Positions 28,659-37,661 of a stretch of 43,860 nucleotides of DNA are shown in pieces. The stretch is from Actinomycetota bacterium. Lineage in GTDB: Bacteria > Actinomycetota > Acidimicrobiia > Spongiisociales > UBA4744. The translations under genes and the position numbers were made by a program. Positions within the stretch are counted from its first letter, which is position 1. Each line of letters opens with the position of its first letter. Location of the stretch: the NCBI GenBank assembly GCA_013152275.1, contig JAADGS010000035.1, positions 1 through 43,860 on the forward strand. The letters are read 5' to 3'. The notes under the pieces are model-generated. The model saw only the letters and a list, made by a program, of their open reading frames with translations, was not told the origin of the DNA and searched no databases.

Positions 28659-29732
28659 ATGACCGATGCCTTGATCGTCTGGATCGCCGACCTCGGCGAG
28701 GATGGGGTGGGAGTCGCCGGGTCGAAGATCGCCAAGCTCGGGTCTCTGCGGACGCTGGGAGTGAAGGTTCCCAGGGGTTTCGCGCTCACCACCCATGCCT
28801 ACCTGCAGTTCATACGCGAAACGGGGCTTCGCAACGCCATCGAGAGATTCCTCGGCGAGGTTGACGATCCCGATGATATCGACCAGGTGGAAGCGGCCGC
28901 CGAGTCCATCCGCCGGGCGTTCCACGCGGCGCCGATCCCGCCCATCATCGGCGCCGCCGTCGAGGAGGCGTACGAGCTGTTGTCGGATGAATGCCGTGAT
29001 CTCAACGTTCCGGTGGCGGTGCGCAGCTCCGCAACCGGTGAGGACGGGGCAGAGGCCTCGTTCGCCGGGCAGTTCGAGACGGTTCTCGGAGTGAGCGGCG
29101 TCGGGGACGTTCTCGACGCGGTGAAGGTCTGCTGGGCCAGCTTGTACAACGGTCGAGCCGTCTCGTACCGGTTGCACCATGACCTGGACCACGCGTCGAG
29201 TCCGATGGCCGTGGGGATCATCGAGCTGATCCACGCCCGCTCGTCGGGAGTGGCGTTCTCGATCCACCCGGTCAGCGGCAAGCGCGACAGGATGGTCATC
29301 GAGGCGAACTGGGGATGGGGCGAAGCGGTCGTTCAAGGTTTGGTGACCCCGGATCATGTCGAGATCGGCAAGAGCGACCGGAGGGTGCTCACCTATCAGG
29401 AGCACACCAAGGTCGTGGTCTCCAGTTTCGACTATTCCCAGGGGAGGGTGGTGCAGGTGCCGATGCCGAGCCGCCTGGCGAACCGGCGCGTCCTGGACGA
29501 GGAGGAACTGGACACCATCGTCGACGCGGTCCTCGAGATCGAGGCGCACTACGGCTACCCGGTCGACGTCGAATGGGTGATCGGGCGCTACCGGCGGGTT
29601 GGTGAGCCGGTCGTGATCGTGCAGACCCGGCCGGAGACCGTCCACGCTCCGGCACCGTCCCGGGCTCGGCTGGGCTTCGATGTCGCCTCGATCGCTCGCC
29701 GTACCGTGTTGAGCCGTTCCGAGGATGGTTGA
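28659..29732 (+). CDS. PEP-synthase N-terminal ATP-grasp domain protein (phenylphosphate synthase PpsB-like kinase subunit)
   Basis: GSKIAKLG, VPRGFA, VAVRSSATGED...ASFAGQFET, WGWGEAVVQG, VDVEW and VQTRPET. The ORF ends after the ATP domain; RBS GAGGAGG. Confidence 0.88.
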   Translation: MTDALIVWIADLGEDGVGVAGSKIAKLGSLRTLGVKVPRGFALTTHAYLQFIRETGLRNAIERFLGEVDDPDDIDQVEAAAESIRRAFHAAPIPPIIGAAVEEAYELLSDECRDLNVPVAVRSSATGEDGAEASFAGQFETVLGVSGVGDVLDAVKVCWASLYNGRAVSYRLHHDLDHASSPMAVGIIELIHARSSGVAFSIHPVSGKRDRMVIEANWGWGEAVVQGLVTPDHVEIGKSDRRVLTYQEHTKVVVSSFDYSQGRVVQVPMPSRLANRRVLDEEELDTIVDAVLEIEAHYGYPVDVEWVIGRYRRVGEPVVIVQTRPETVHAPAPSRARLGFDVASIARRTVLSRSEDG

Positions 29733-30543
29733 TCGCCCGATCGGCCGAGCCGACATCGCCGGGTATCGGGGCATCCTGTGTGATCTGGACGGTGTCGTGC
29801 TTCGGGGCGGCCGGCTCCTCGACGGAGCGGTGCGGTTCGCCGAGATCGTCGCCGACCTCGGGGTGCCGCTGGTATTCGTCACCAACGGTTCCTGGCCGAA
29901 GGAGCAGGTCGTCGGCGAACTGGCTGCGGCCGGGTGGTCGATCGAGCCCCACGACATCGTGAATTCGGGCGACAGCATCGCCTTGGAAGCCAAAGGCTCG
30001 AATCAACCGCTGGTGGCGGCGGGGGGACCGGGCCTGCCGGTGGCGCTGGCTGCGGCCGGGATCGTCGTCGCGGCGCCCGAGGAGTTCCCACTCACCGGCG
30101 TGTCCGGGCCGATCGTATACGCGGTCACCGGAGAGCAGTTGTTCTCCTACGAATCGTTGACCTGGATCTACCGGCTGGTCGACGCCGGCCTGGAGCTCCT
30201 CTTCCCATCGGATGAGCGGTACTTTCCGCTGGCAGACGGCCTCGGTCCGGGCGGGGGACCGTTTCTCGCCGCACTCCGGGAGATGGTGCCCGGGGCCCGG
30301 GTCCGGATCTGCGGCAAACCGCACCCGCCGATGGTGGCCGCGGTCGGGAACCGGCTCGGGGGCGAAGGCCCCTTCTTGATGATCGGGGACAACCCCGATG
30401 TCGATCTCGTGTTTGCGCACGCCAACGGCTGGGACTGTCTGCTGGTCGCCACCGGAGCGGGGACGCCGGAGCGCATCGCCGCGTCGACGGCCCGCTTCAC
30501 CGCGGCCGGGCTGGCCGCGGTGGCCGACACCCTCGAGGCGTGA
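29725..30543 (+). CDS. HAD-IIA family phosphatase
   Basis: DLDGV, VTN, GKP and GDNPDVD. Confidence 0.88.
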   Translation: MVDRPIGRADIAGYRGILCDLDGVVLRGGRLLDGAVRFAEIVADLGVPLVFVTNGSWPKEQVVGELAAAGWSIEPHDIVNSGDSIALEAKGSNQPLVAAGGPGLPVALAAAGIVVAAPEEFPLTGVSGPIVYAVTGEQLFSYESLTWIYRLVDAGLELLFPSDERYFPLADGLGPGGGPFLAALREMVPGARVRICGKPHPPMVAAVGNRLGGEGPFLMIGDNPDVDLVFAHANGWDCLLVATGAGTPERIAASTARFTAAGLAAVADTLEA

Positions 30544-30978
30544 TCAGGCTCCGAGCATCTCCCGGAGGGCGTCGCGTCGCGCCGCGTCGACGAGCTCGAG
30601 GGTGACTCCCGACGGGAGCGTGACGTACACGAAGCTCGTGGGCCGGTCTTCGGGGCCCTCGTAACGCAGGGTGACGGTGGCCCCCCGATCGACCATGTGC
30701 CGGGTGGCGGCGGGGAGATCCTGCACCCAGTAGCCGAGATGCCAGGTCGTGGGCGCCAGCTTGCCTCCGGCGGGGGCGTCCACCAGCTCGATGTGGGGCG
30801 GGCCTTCGAGCGAGTAGACGAAGCGCAGTTCGGCGTCGAAGGGGCCGTCGGGGCTCATCATCGGTCGGTTCCTGGTTTGGATCGGCGTCCACCGTATGCC
30901 GAAGTCTTCGAGGTCGGCCATGGCCGCTTCCAGATCCTCGACTCCGACCCCGATGTGATACGGGCCTTCGAATTCCAT
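30544..30978 (-). CDS. VOC (glyoxalase/epimerase-like) family protein
   Basis: YHIGVGV, HIELV, WHLGYWV and TLELV give an H/E/H/E metal ligand pattern. Confidence 0.82.
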   Translation of the reverse strand: MEFEGPYHIGVGVEDLEAAMADLEDFGIRWTPIQTRNRPMMSPDGPFDAELRFVYSLEGPPHIELVDAPAGGKLAPTTWHLGYWVQDLPAATRHMVDRGATVTLRYEGPEDRPTSFVYVTLPSGVTLELVDAARRDALREMLGA

Positions 30979-31000
30979 CGTGTTCTGCTTTCCTTCCGAC

Positions 31001-31050
31001 AGTGTTGCTATAGAAATGATATGATCCTACATGATTACTATGGCATGTAG
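31001..31050. promoter_or_regulatory. Divergent promoter region with two putative MarR operators
   Basis: AGTGTTGCTATAGAAATGAT (31001-31020) and ATGATTACTATGGCATGTAG (31031-31050). Confidence 0.55.
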
Positions 31051-31079
31051 TCGATAGAGCCCTCGGAAGGAGGCTGCGG

Positions 31080-32798
31080 ATGCCGAAAGTCGTGCCCGTC
31101 GACGAGTTTGTTGATCCGGAGTGGTACCCGGGGTGGCGAGATCTCGAACCAGGTATCAAGGTCTTTGACGCGATCGGCCCGTTCCGAAAGGAGGATGAAG
31201 CAGGGTTCTGGATCCTCGACTTCCATCATCCCTACGGTTTCTGCCCGCTCTCCTTCGGGCTCCTCGAGGTGGGCGCCAAGCTCACCCAGATCGTTGCGGA
31301 GCGCATCCCGCTGCCACCGGGTCGTGGCTTGACGGTACGGATGGCCGGGGTTCACTCATATGCCAGCGAGGTGCCCGTCACCTCTCCGTGGCTCATCGGT
31401 GAGCGAGCCAAGCGAGCGATGAAGTCCATCCCCGCCATGATCGCCTCCTTTCCGGACGACTGGGCGGCGGCGGTGGAGGAGCTGAAAGCCGGGCTGGAGC
31501 GGTTCGAGTCGCTCGACGTCGACTCGCTCGACCCCGCCGAGCTGGCCGCCTACCTCACTGAGGCATACGACTTCCTCGAGCGGGCATGGGAGATCCACTT
31601 CGAGCTGATGTACCCGCTGCTGGCGAACTACGCCGGCTTCCTCGGGGTGTGCGCCGAGCTCGGGATCGACGCCAGCCAGGCTCCGGCGTTTCTCCAGGGC
31701 GAAGACACCAAGATCATGGCGGTCGACCGCGAGTTGTGGAACCTCGCCGACCGGGCCCGCGAGGAGGGGATCGATTCGATCTTCGCCGCGCACGAGGCGG
31801 AAGAGCTGAAGGCGGCTCTCGAGGCGGACCCGGCTGCCGCGACCTGGCTGGCGGAGTTCAACGAGTTCCTCCAGCGGGACGGGTGGCGGATCGAGGGCAT
31901 CGTCAACCCGATGCTTGCCCCGTGGATCGAGGATCCCACCCCGCCGCTCGGTACGATCAAGACCTTCCTCGGCGCCGAGGAACGGTTCGACTTCGACGCG
32001 GCGCGGGAAGCGACGATCGCCGAGCGTGAGCAGCTCGTGGCGGAGACGCGCGATCGGCTCACCGTCGAAGAGCGGGAGGTCTTCGACGGGGCCCTGGCCG
32101 CGGTTCGGGCGGTCAACTTCGTCTGGTGGAACGAAGAGCACAACTACTACATCGACCTGCGCGCCCACATTCCCTACCGGCGTCTGGCGATGGCGGTGGT
32201 CACCGCCGCCGGTGCTCCCGATCCCGACGATGCGTTCTATTTGTTCGTTCAGGAGCTGCACGAGCTGGCGGCGGGTCGACGCCGGTGGAGCGAGCTGGCG
32301 GATCTGGTTGCGGCCCGCCGCACGTTCTACGCCGATTCGATCGCCAAGCGGGCCGAGATGCCGAAGATACTCGGCACCGTGCCCGAGACCATCACCGATC
32401 CGGTGGTGGCGGAGATCTACGGCATGGGGGACGCCTTCTTCGCCGCCCTGGATGCGGACGGGAGCGACGTCTCGGAGCTGGTCGGGATACCCGCCGCCCC
32501 CGGCAAGGTGCGGGGAAGGGTGCGGGTGCTCCACAGCGCCCAGGAACTCCATCGGATCGAGGAGGGAGAGGTTCTCGTGTGTGAGGCCACGTCCCCCAAC
32601 TGGACTCCGGCCTTCGGAAAGATCGCCGGCTGTGTCTGTGACACCGGTGGAAGCCTGACCCACGCGGCCATCGTCAGTCGCGAGTACCGGATCCCGGCAG
32701 TCACCGGATGTGCGGTGGCGACCCAGGCCCTCGGTGATGGTGATCTCGTCGAAGTCGACGGCACCGCCGGAGTGGTGCGGATCATCGAACGCGCCTGA
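31080..32798 (+). CDS. Phospho-His swivel-domain kinase subunit (phenylphosphate synthase PpsA-like)
   Basis: C-terminal GEVLVCEATSPNWTP and GGSLTHAAIVSREYRIPAV; large helical N-terminal region with AWEIHF and NEEHNYYID; no ATP-grasp or pyruvate-binding domain. Confidence 0.85.
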   Translation: MPKVVPVDEFVDPEWYPGWRDLEPGIKVFDAIGPFRKEDEAGFWILDFHHPYGFCPLSFGLLEVGAKLTQIVAERIPLPPGRGLTVRMAGVHSYASEVPVTSPWLIGERAKRAMKSIPAMIASFPDDWAAAVEELKAGLERFESLDVDSLDPAELAAYLTEAYDFLERAWEIHFELMYPLLANYAGFLGVCAELGIDASQAPAFLQGEDTKIMAVDRELWNLADRAREEGIDSIFAAHEAEELKAALEADPAAATWLAEFNEFLQRDGWRIEGIVNPMLAPWIEDPTPPLGTIKTFLGAEERFDFDAAREATIAEREQLVAETRDRLTVEEREVFDGALAAVRAVNFVWWNEEHNYYIDLRAHIPYRRLAMAVVTAAGAPDPDDAFYLFVQELHELAAGRRRWSELADLVAARRTFYADSIAKRAEMPKILGTVPETITDPVVAEIYGMGDAFFAALDADGSDVSELVGIPAAPGKVRGRVRVLHSAQELHRIEEGEVLVCEATSPNWTPAFGKIAGCVCDTGGSLTHAAIVSREYRIPAVTGCAVATQALGDGDLVEVDGTAGVVRIIERA

Positions 32799-32854
32799 CG
32801 AATACGCCGGCAGTGACATGAGATCTTTCGCGACGATTTCGTGGGCGAAACAAA

Positions 32855-32892
32855 ATGATTCCTATATGGACCATCATCATGACAGTGATATG
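32855..32892. promoter_or_regulatory. Tandem putative MarR operators upstream of the ABC importer
   Basis: ATGATTCCTATATGGACCAT and ATCATCATGACAGTGATATG, offset by 18 bp. Confidence 0.55.
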
Positions 32893-32936
32893 TGTAGGAT
32901 AGATACATGTTGTACCCGTCTTGGAGGAGGCGAGCC

Positions 32937-34220
32937 ATGAAACGACCCGCGAAATGGGCTCTGCTGCTGGTATTCGTGCTGGTGGCGGCGGCCTGCGGAG
33001 GAGCCGCCGAGAGCACCGGATCCACCGATACCACTGCCGCAACCGACACCACCGCCGCAACCGACACCACCGCCGCAACTACCGAATCGACTGCCGAGAC
33101 GGCCGCTGCGGCGCCGGTCGAGCTGCCGACCGTCAAGATCGGCTCCGTCAACAGCCTGACCGGGCCGTTTCCGTTCCCGGAGGCCTCGGCGGCGGCTGCG
33201 GCGGTATTCGATCGGTACAACGATGATCCGGCACGCGCCTTCGACATCGAGTACATCATCGAGGACGACGCAGCCGACCCGGCAATCGCCACCCAGGCGG
33301 CTCGCAAGATCGTGTCCCAAGACGGCGTGGTACTCGTGGCGGGGGGTGCCAGCCTGCTCGATTGCATCGTGGACGGCGCCTACTACGCCGAGAACGGTGT
33401 CTACTCGATCCCGGGAACCGGCGTCGACGAAGGGTGTTTTGCATCCCGGAACATCGCCCCGGTCAACACCGGTCCCTGGCTGGGCCTGGTGGTATCGCTC
33501 TATTTCACGTCCGAGATCCTCGGTCATGACAAGATCTGTTACGTCCAGTTCGACACCGGCTCGGGCGCCGAAGCCCGAGCGGCCGCGGTGGCCCGTTGGG
33601 AGGCGATCACCGGCAAGACGCTGGCGTCTCTCGACCTCTACCCGCCCGGCGACGACCTGACTCCGTATGTGGTCAAGGCCATGGACACCGGCTGTACGGC
33701 TGTGTTCGAAGGCGGCCTCGACTTCACCGCCATCGCCTGGGACCAGGCCGTGGCCACCCAGGGCGCCACGTTCGATTCGGTGCACTTCACGTCGGCGTAC
33801 ACGTCGGGGGTGGCCGAAGCCATCCCGAATCCGGCCACACCGACGTACGCCAACTCGGAGTTCGAGCCGTTCACCGAGGTCGACTCTCCGGCACTGGCCG
33901 ATTGGCGCGGACTCATGGAATCCGCGGACGTCCCGCTCACCTCGTTCGCCGAGGGCGGGTACCTGGCAGGCTTGATCGCGATCGACGTCATCGAGAGCGC
34001 CGGCATCACCGCCGACGACGACACGGCGACGCAACGCTCCAAGATCGAGCAGGCGTTGCTGACGATGAAGCCGTTCGAGCATCCGATGCTCGGCGTTCCG
34101 TTCGTGTTCGGCGATGCCGAGAAGCACAACCCGAACTACGCGTCGAAGTTCGTTCAGCTCGTCGATGGCGAGTGGGTGACGGTTACCGACGAGTTCGTCG
34201 TACTACCGGATGAATCCTGA
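32937..34220 (+). CDS. ABC transporter substrate-binding lipoprotein (LivJ/branched-chain type)
   Basis: RBS GGAGGAGG; lipobox VAAAC; Thr-rich linker; KIGSVNSLTGP and IEDDAADP. Confidence 0.85.
   Translation: MKRPAKWALLLVFVLVAAACGGAAESTGSTDTTAATDTTAATDTTAATTESTAETAAAAPVELPTVKIGSVNSLTGPFPFPEASAAAAAVFDRYNDDPARAFDIEYIIEDDAADPAIATQAARKIVSQDGVVLVAGGASLLDCIVDGAYYAENGVYSIPGTGVDEGCFASRNIAPVNTGPWLGLVVSLYFTSEILGHDKICYVQFDTGSGAEARAAAVARWEAITGKTLASLDLYPPGDDLTPYVVKAMDTGCTAVFEGGLDFTAIAWDQAVATQGATFDSVHFTSAYTSGVAEAIPNPATPTYANSEFEPFTEVDSPALADWRGLMESADVPLTSFAEGGYLAGLIAIDVIESAGITADDDTATQRSKIEQALLTMKPFEHPMLGVPFVFGDAEKHNPNYASKFVQLVDGEWVTVTDEFVVLPDES
33024..33077 (+). repeat. In-frame 18-bp tandem repeat x3 (TDTTAA linker)
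   Basis: ACCGAYACCACYGCCGCA occurs three times. Confidence 0.85.
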
Positions 34221-34270
34221 GCCGGTGGACCGGGGAGGGCCGGCGTTGAACCGGCCCTCCCCGGACCGGC
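34221..34270 (+). terminator. Strong hairpin after the SBP gene (stabiliser or partial terminator)
   Basis: 14-bp arms CCGGGGAGGGCCGG / CCGGCCCTCCCCGG plus outer arms GCCGGT / ACCGGC. Confidence 0.65.
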
Positions 34271-34288
34271 ACGGAGAAGTGCTCCAGC

Positions 34289-35146
34289 ATGTTTGATGCT
34301 GCCATATCCGGCATTCCGTCAGGGGGAGCCTATGCCCTCATCGGGGTGACCGTCGTCCTGCTGTATCGGATGACGGGCACGCTCAACTTTGCGGCCGCCG
34401 TCACCGGTGCCTTCGGGGCGTTCACCGTCGTGGCGATCAACGGCGCCGGCGTCGGTCTCGGGGTGGCCGTCCTCGTCGGGATGATCGTTGGTGGCATCGT
34501 TTCCGGGCTGCTGGGCGTCGTGGCAGCCTTTCTCTTCTCCGACCACGACGAGATCTCGCGTTCGGTCGTCACGATCGCCATGGCGATCGGGCTGTTCGCC
34601 GTGGCGTTTCGTATCTTCGGAGACCAACCGCGGGCCTTTCCCCCGCTGTTCGGAGGATCGAACATCACTGTCGGAGGTGTCGTCCTGCCGACCTCGAACC
34701 TCGTGTCGGCGGCTCTTGCCCTCGGGCTTGCGGTTGGGATCAACGCCGTGTTGACTCGCACCCGTCTCGGCCTCAAGTACCAGGCACTGAGCGTTCGGGC
34801 GGCGACGGCCGAGGGTCTCGGTGTGCCGGTGCGGGGCCTGCTCGTCGGGGCCTGGGCCTTCTCCGGGTTCGTCGCGGCGTTCGCCCTCACCCTGGCGGCC
34901 CCGACCCGGCAGGCGGACATGACCTCACTCGGTCTCCTCGTGATTCCGGCGTTCGCCGCTGCCCTGATAGGTGGCTTCCGGTCGTTCACCTGGATCGCCG
35001 TCGGTGGGATCACCCTGGGTGTGTTCGAGGCGCTGGTGATACGCGTGAGGCCGCTCGCGACGTACCGCAGCGCGCTTCCGTTCGTCGTGATCGTCGCGCT
35101 GTTGCTGTGGACCCAGCGCCGGGCGATCTGGGATGAGGCTCGATGA
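34289..35146 (+). CDS. Branched-chain-type ABC permease (LivH-like)
   Basis: GGAYALIG, TGTLNFA, TRLG and FAAALIGG. Confidence 0.85.
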   Translation: MFDAAISGIPSGGAYALIGVTVVLLYRMTGTLNFAAAVTGAFGAFTVVAINGAGVGLGVAVLVGMIVGGIVSGLLGVVAAFLFSDHDEISRSVVTIAMAIGLFAVAFRIFGDQPRAFPPLFGGSNITVGGVVLPTSNLVSAALALGLAVGINAVLTRTRLGLKYQALSVRAATAEGLGVPVRGLLVGAWAFSGFVAAFALTLAAPTRQADMTSLGLLVIPAFAAALIGGFRSFTWIAVGGITLGVFEALVIRVRPLATYRSALPFVVIVALLLWTQRRAIWDEAR

Positions 35147-36894
35147 TCGGATCACTGTCTGCCCGCGTGCCGATCCGGCCGACGCATCCCATCGGCCTGG
35201 CCCTGGGAGTGGCCGCCGTCGGGTTCGTGATCTGGCTTCCGGAGTTCTGGACGTACCTGTTCATCGGGGCGGTGGTCAGCGCGCTCGTCGCGGCGAGTGT
35301 CGGCGTGGTCTACGGCAGCGCCGGGCTGGTATCACTCTGCCAGCTCACGTTTGCGGCAATTGGAGCCTGGACGATCGGGTGGCTGAACGTTCATACCGGG
35401 ATCCCGTTTCTGGCCTTGTTGTTGATCGGCGGAATCGCCGCGGTGCCGGTCGGGTTGGTGATCGGCCTGCTGTCCCTTCGTCTCCGGGGGATACACCTGG
35501 CCGTCGTCACCATGAGTTTCGCCGTGGCGAGCACGGTGGTGCTCCGCCAGATCGAGTTCCCCGGATCGCTGAGCAACCAACCCGTCCGACGCCCCGAGCT
35601 GTTCGCCAGTGAGAACGGGTACTTCCTGCTGGCGGTGGCCGTTCTGGTCGTGATCTTTGTCGCCCTGAACGCGATGCGGAAGAGGCCGGTCGGTCTCGCC
35701 TGGCGTGCCGTGCGCCACAGCGAGCGTGCGGCGGCGGCGTTGGGTTTGAACGTTCCCCTCTCCAAGCTGATCGCCTTCGCGGTGGGGGCATTCATCGCCG
35801 GAGTTGCCGGAGGTCTCCTTGTCGGTCAGAACGGCACCGTCAGCTTGCGGAGCTTCGAGGTGCTCGACTCGCTCGTCATCTTCACGGTCGCAGTCATGGT
35901 CGGGGCCGACTATCTCGAGGGTGCGGTCATGGCGGGGTTGTTCGCGACAGTCGTTCCCGAGCTCTTCCGGAACTGGAGCATTCCGCTGGACGTGGTTCCG
36001 ATCCTGTTCGCCATCGGCGCCATCGATATTCTTCGCCGGGGAGGGGACGGGATCAGCGGGCAGCTTCGCCGGCGCATGCGAACCTGGCGAGGTGCCGCAA
36101 CACGGGAAGAGGCGGTGGCCGGGGAGCCGGCACCAGCCGGTGTCATCGTGCCGGTGCAGGACGGTCCGGTCGGCGCGGCACGGCCGCCGGAGCTGACGAT
36201 CGAGGGCCTGAGCGTGAGGTTCGGGGCGGTGCGAGCACTCGACGGCGTGAGCCTCACCGTGCCGGCCGAATCTGTCGTCGGCCTGATTGGGCCAAACGGG
36301 GCGGGAAAATCTACGCTGGTCGATGTAGTGACCGGGTTCGTTCGCGGCGAACACGGTGTGGTCATGCTCGGGGGACGCTCACTGAATGGCCTCCCTGCAC
36401 ACTCCCGCGCGAGGAGCGGTTTGCGACGCACGTTTCAACAGGGAAGGGCGATTCCGGGGCTGACGGTCGAGCAGTACCTTCGCCTCGGCTCGAACGGGAG
36501 CGCCACCGACGCCGACCTCGATCGGGTCATCGACGCGCTCGGCTGCCCCGGCCGATCGGTGCGTATCGAGGAGATCGACATGCCGACTCGCCGCCTGGTG
36601 GAGGCCGCGGCCTGTTTTGTCGCAAGTCCGAAACTGGTCCTCCTGGACGAACCGGCGGCGGGTCTCGGTGAGGCGGAATCGGCCCGGCTCGCCAGGAGCA
36701 TTGCCTCGCTCCCGGAGCTGTTCGGCTGTTCCGTTCTCCTGATCGAGCACGATGTGGAAGTCGTCCACGCCGCCTGTGACTATGTCACCGTGCTGGATTT
36801 CGGGAAGGTGATCGCCCAGGGCCCACCCGCGGAAGTCTTCTCATCTCCCGAGGTGATGAGCGCGTTCCTCGGAAAAGTCGGGGTGGCGCCATGA
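35143..36894 (+). CDS. Fused ABC permease/ATPase (LivM-LivG-like)
   Basis: N-terminal AGLVSLCQ and LRLRGIHLAVVT; C-terminal GPNGAGKS, LLDEP and IEHD. Confidence 0.88.
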   Translation: MIGSLSARVPIRPTHPIGLALGVAAVGFVIWLPEFWTYLFIGAVVSALVAASVGVVYGSAGLVSLCQLTFAAIGAWTIGWLNVHTGIPFLALLLIGGIAAVPVGLVIGLLSLRLRGIHLAVVTMSFAVASTVVLRQIEFPGSLSNQPVRRPELFASENGYFLLAVAVLVVIFVALNAMRKRPVGLAWRAVRHSERAAAALGLNVPLSKLIAFAVGAFIAGVAGGLLVGQNGTVSLRSFEVLDSLVIFTVAVMVGADYLEGAVMAGLFATVVPELFRNWSIPLDVVPILFAIGAIDILRRGGDGISGQLRRRMRTWRGAATREEAVAGEPAPAGVIVPVQDGPVGAARPPELTIEGLSVRFGAVRALDGVSLTVPAESVVGLIGPNGAGKSTLVDVVTGFVRGEHGVVMLGGRSLNGLPAHSRARSGLRRTFQQGRAIPGLTVEQYLRLGSNGSATDADLDRVIDALGCPGRSVRIEEIDMPTRRLVEAAACFVASPKLVLLDEPAAGLGEAESARLARSIASLPELFGCSVLLIEHDVEVVHAACDYVTVLDFGKVIAQGPPAEVFSSPEVMSAFLGKVGVAP

Positions 36895-37661
36895 GCGCTC
36901 TGCTCCGGGTCGAGGATCTTCACGTGGACCGGGGAGGATTCCCGGTCGTCCGGGGGGTGGGGCTCGAAGTGTGCGAAGGATCGATCGCCGTTCTCCTCGG
37001 GAACAACGGTGCCGGCAAGTCGACCACCCTCGACGGGATCGCCGGGGCAATTCCGGTGGCCGGGGGCCGGGTGACCCTGTCCGGGCTCGAGATCACCCAG
37101 AGCCGGCCCTACCAGCGAGCCCGGTTGGGACTCGCCTATGTCGAGCAGGGGAAAGCGGTCTTTCCCGCCCTCACCGCCGAAGAGAACGTCATGGTGGCGG
37201 CTCCCCGAGGGCGGGCGCTCGAAGCCTTGGCGATGTTTCCGGAGCTTCACGATCGACGGAGGACTCCGGCCGGTTTGTTGAGCGGCGGCGAGCAGCAGAT
37301 GCTGGTTGTCGCCCGAGCTCTCTCGCTGCAACCCCGGGTCCTGCTCCTCGACGAGATCTCCTTCGGGCTTGCCCCGGTTATCGTGCTCCGGCTGATGGCG
37401 GCGGTGCGCCGCCTGGCCGACGACGGCATGGCGGTGCTCCTGGTCGAGCAGTTCGCCTCGCTGGCCCTCGAGGTGGGCGATCGGGCGTACGTCCTCAACA
37501 AGGGCACGATCGAGTACGAGGGTCCCTGCCGAACTCTCATCGAACATCCGGAGATACTCCACACCGCCTACCTGGGAATCTCCCCGGTGGCGCTCTCCGC
37601 CGATGCCGGTTTCGACGCCGACTCGGGTCGGGTCGGGTCCCGGTCGACTGGGGGTGCGTGA
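36891..37661 (+). CDS. ABC ATPase (LivF-like)
   Basis: GNNGAGKS, LSGGEQQM, LLDE and LVEQ. Confidence 0.9.
   Translation: MSALLRVEDLHVDRGGFPVVRGVGLEVCEGSIAVLLGNNGAGKSTTLDGIAGAIPVAGGRVTLSGLEITQSRPYQRARLGLAYVEQGKAVFPALTAEENVMVAAPRGRALEALAMFPELHDRRRTPAGLLSGGEQQMLVVARALSLQPRVLLLDEISFGLAPVIVLRLMAAVRRLADDGMAVLLVEQFASLALEVGDRAYVLNKGTIEYEGPCRTLIEHPEILHTAYLGISPVALSADAGFDADSGRVGSRSTGGA

Noticed and set aside
28659..32798. Broken PEP synthase or split rifampin phosphotransferase
   Set aside because: No pyruvate-binding barrel is present. Both ORFs have their own RBS and intact motifs, and the catabolic context fits two-subunit aryl kinases better.
33024..33077. Tandem repeat as a CRISPR or contingency locus
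   Set aside because: It is an in-frame linker repeat with no spacers.
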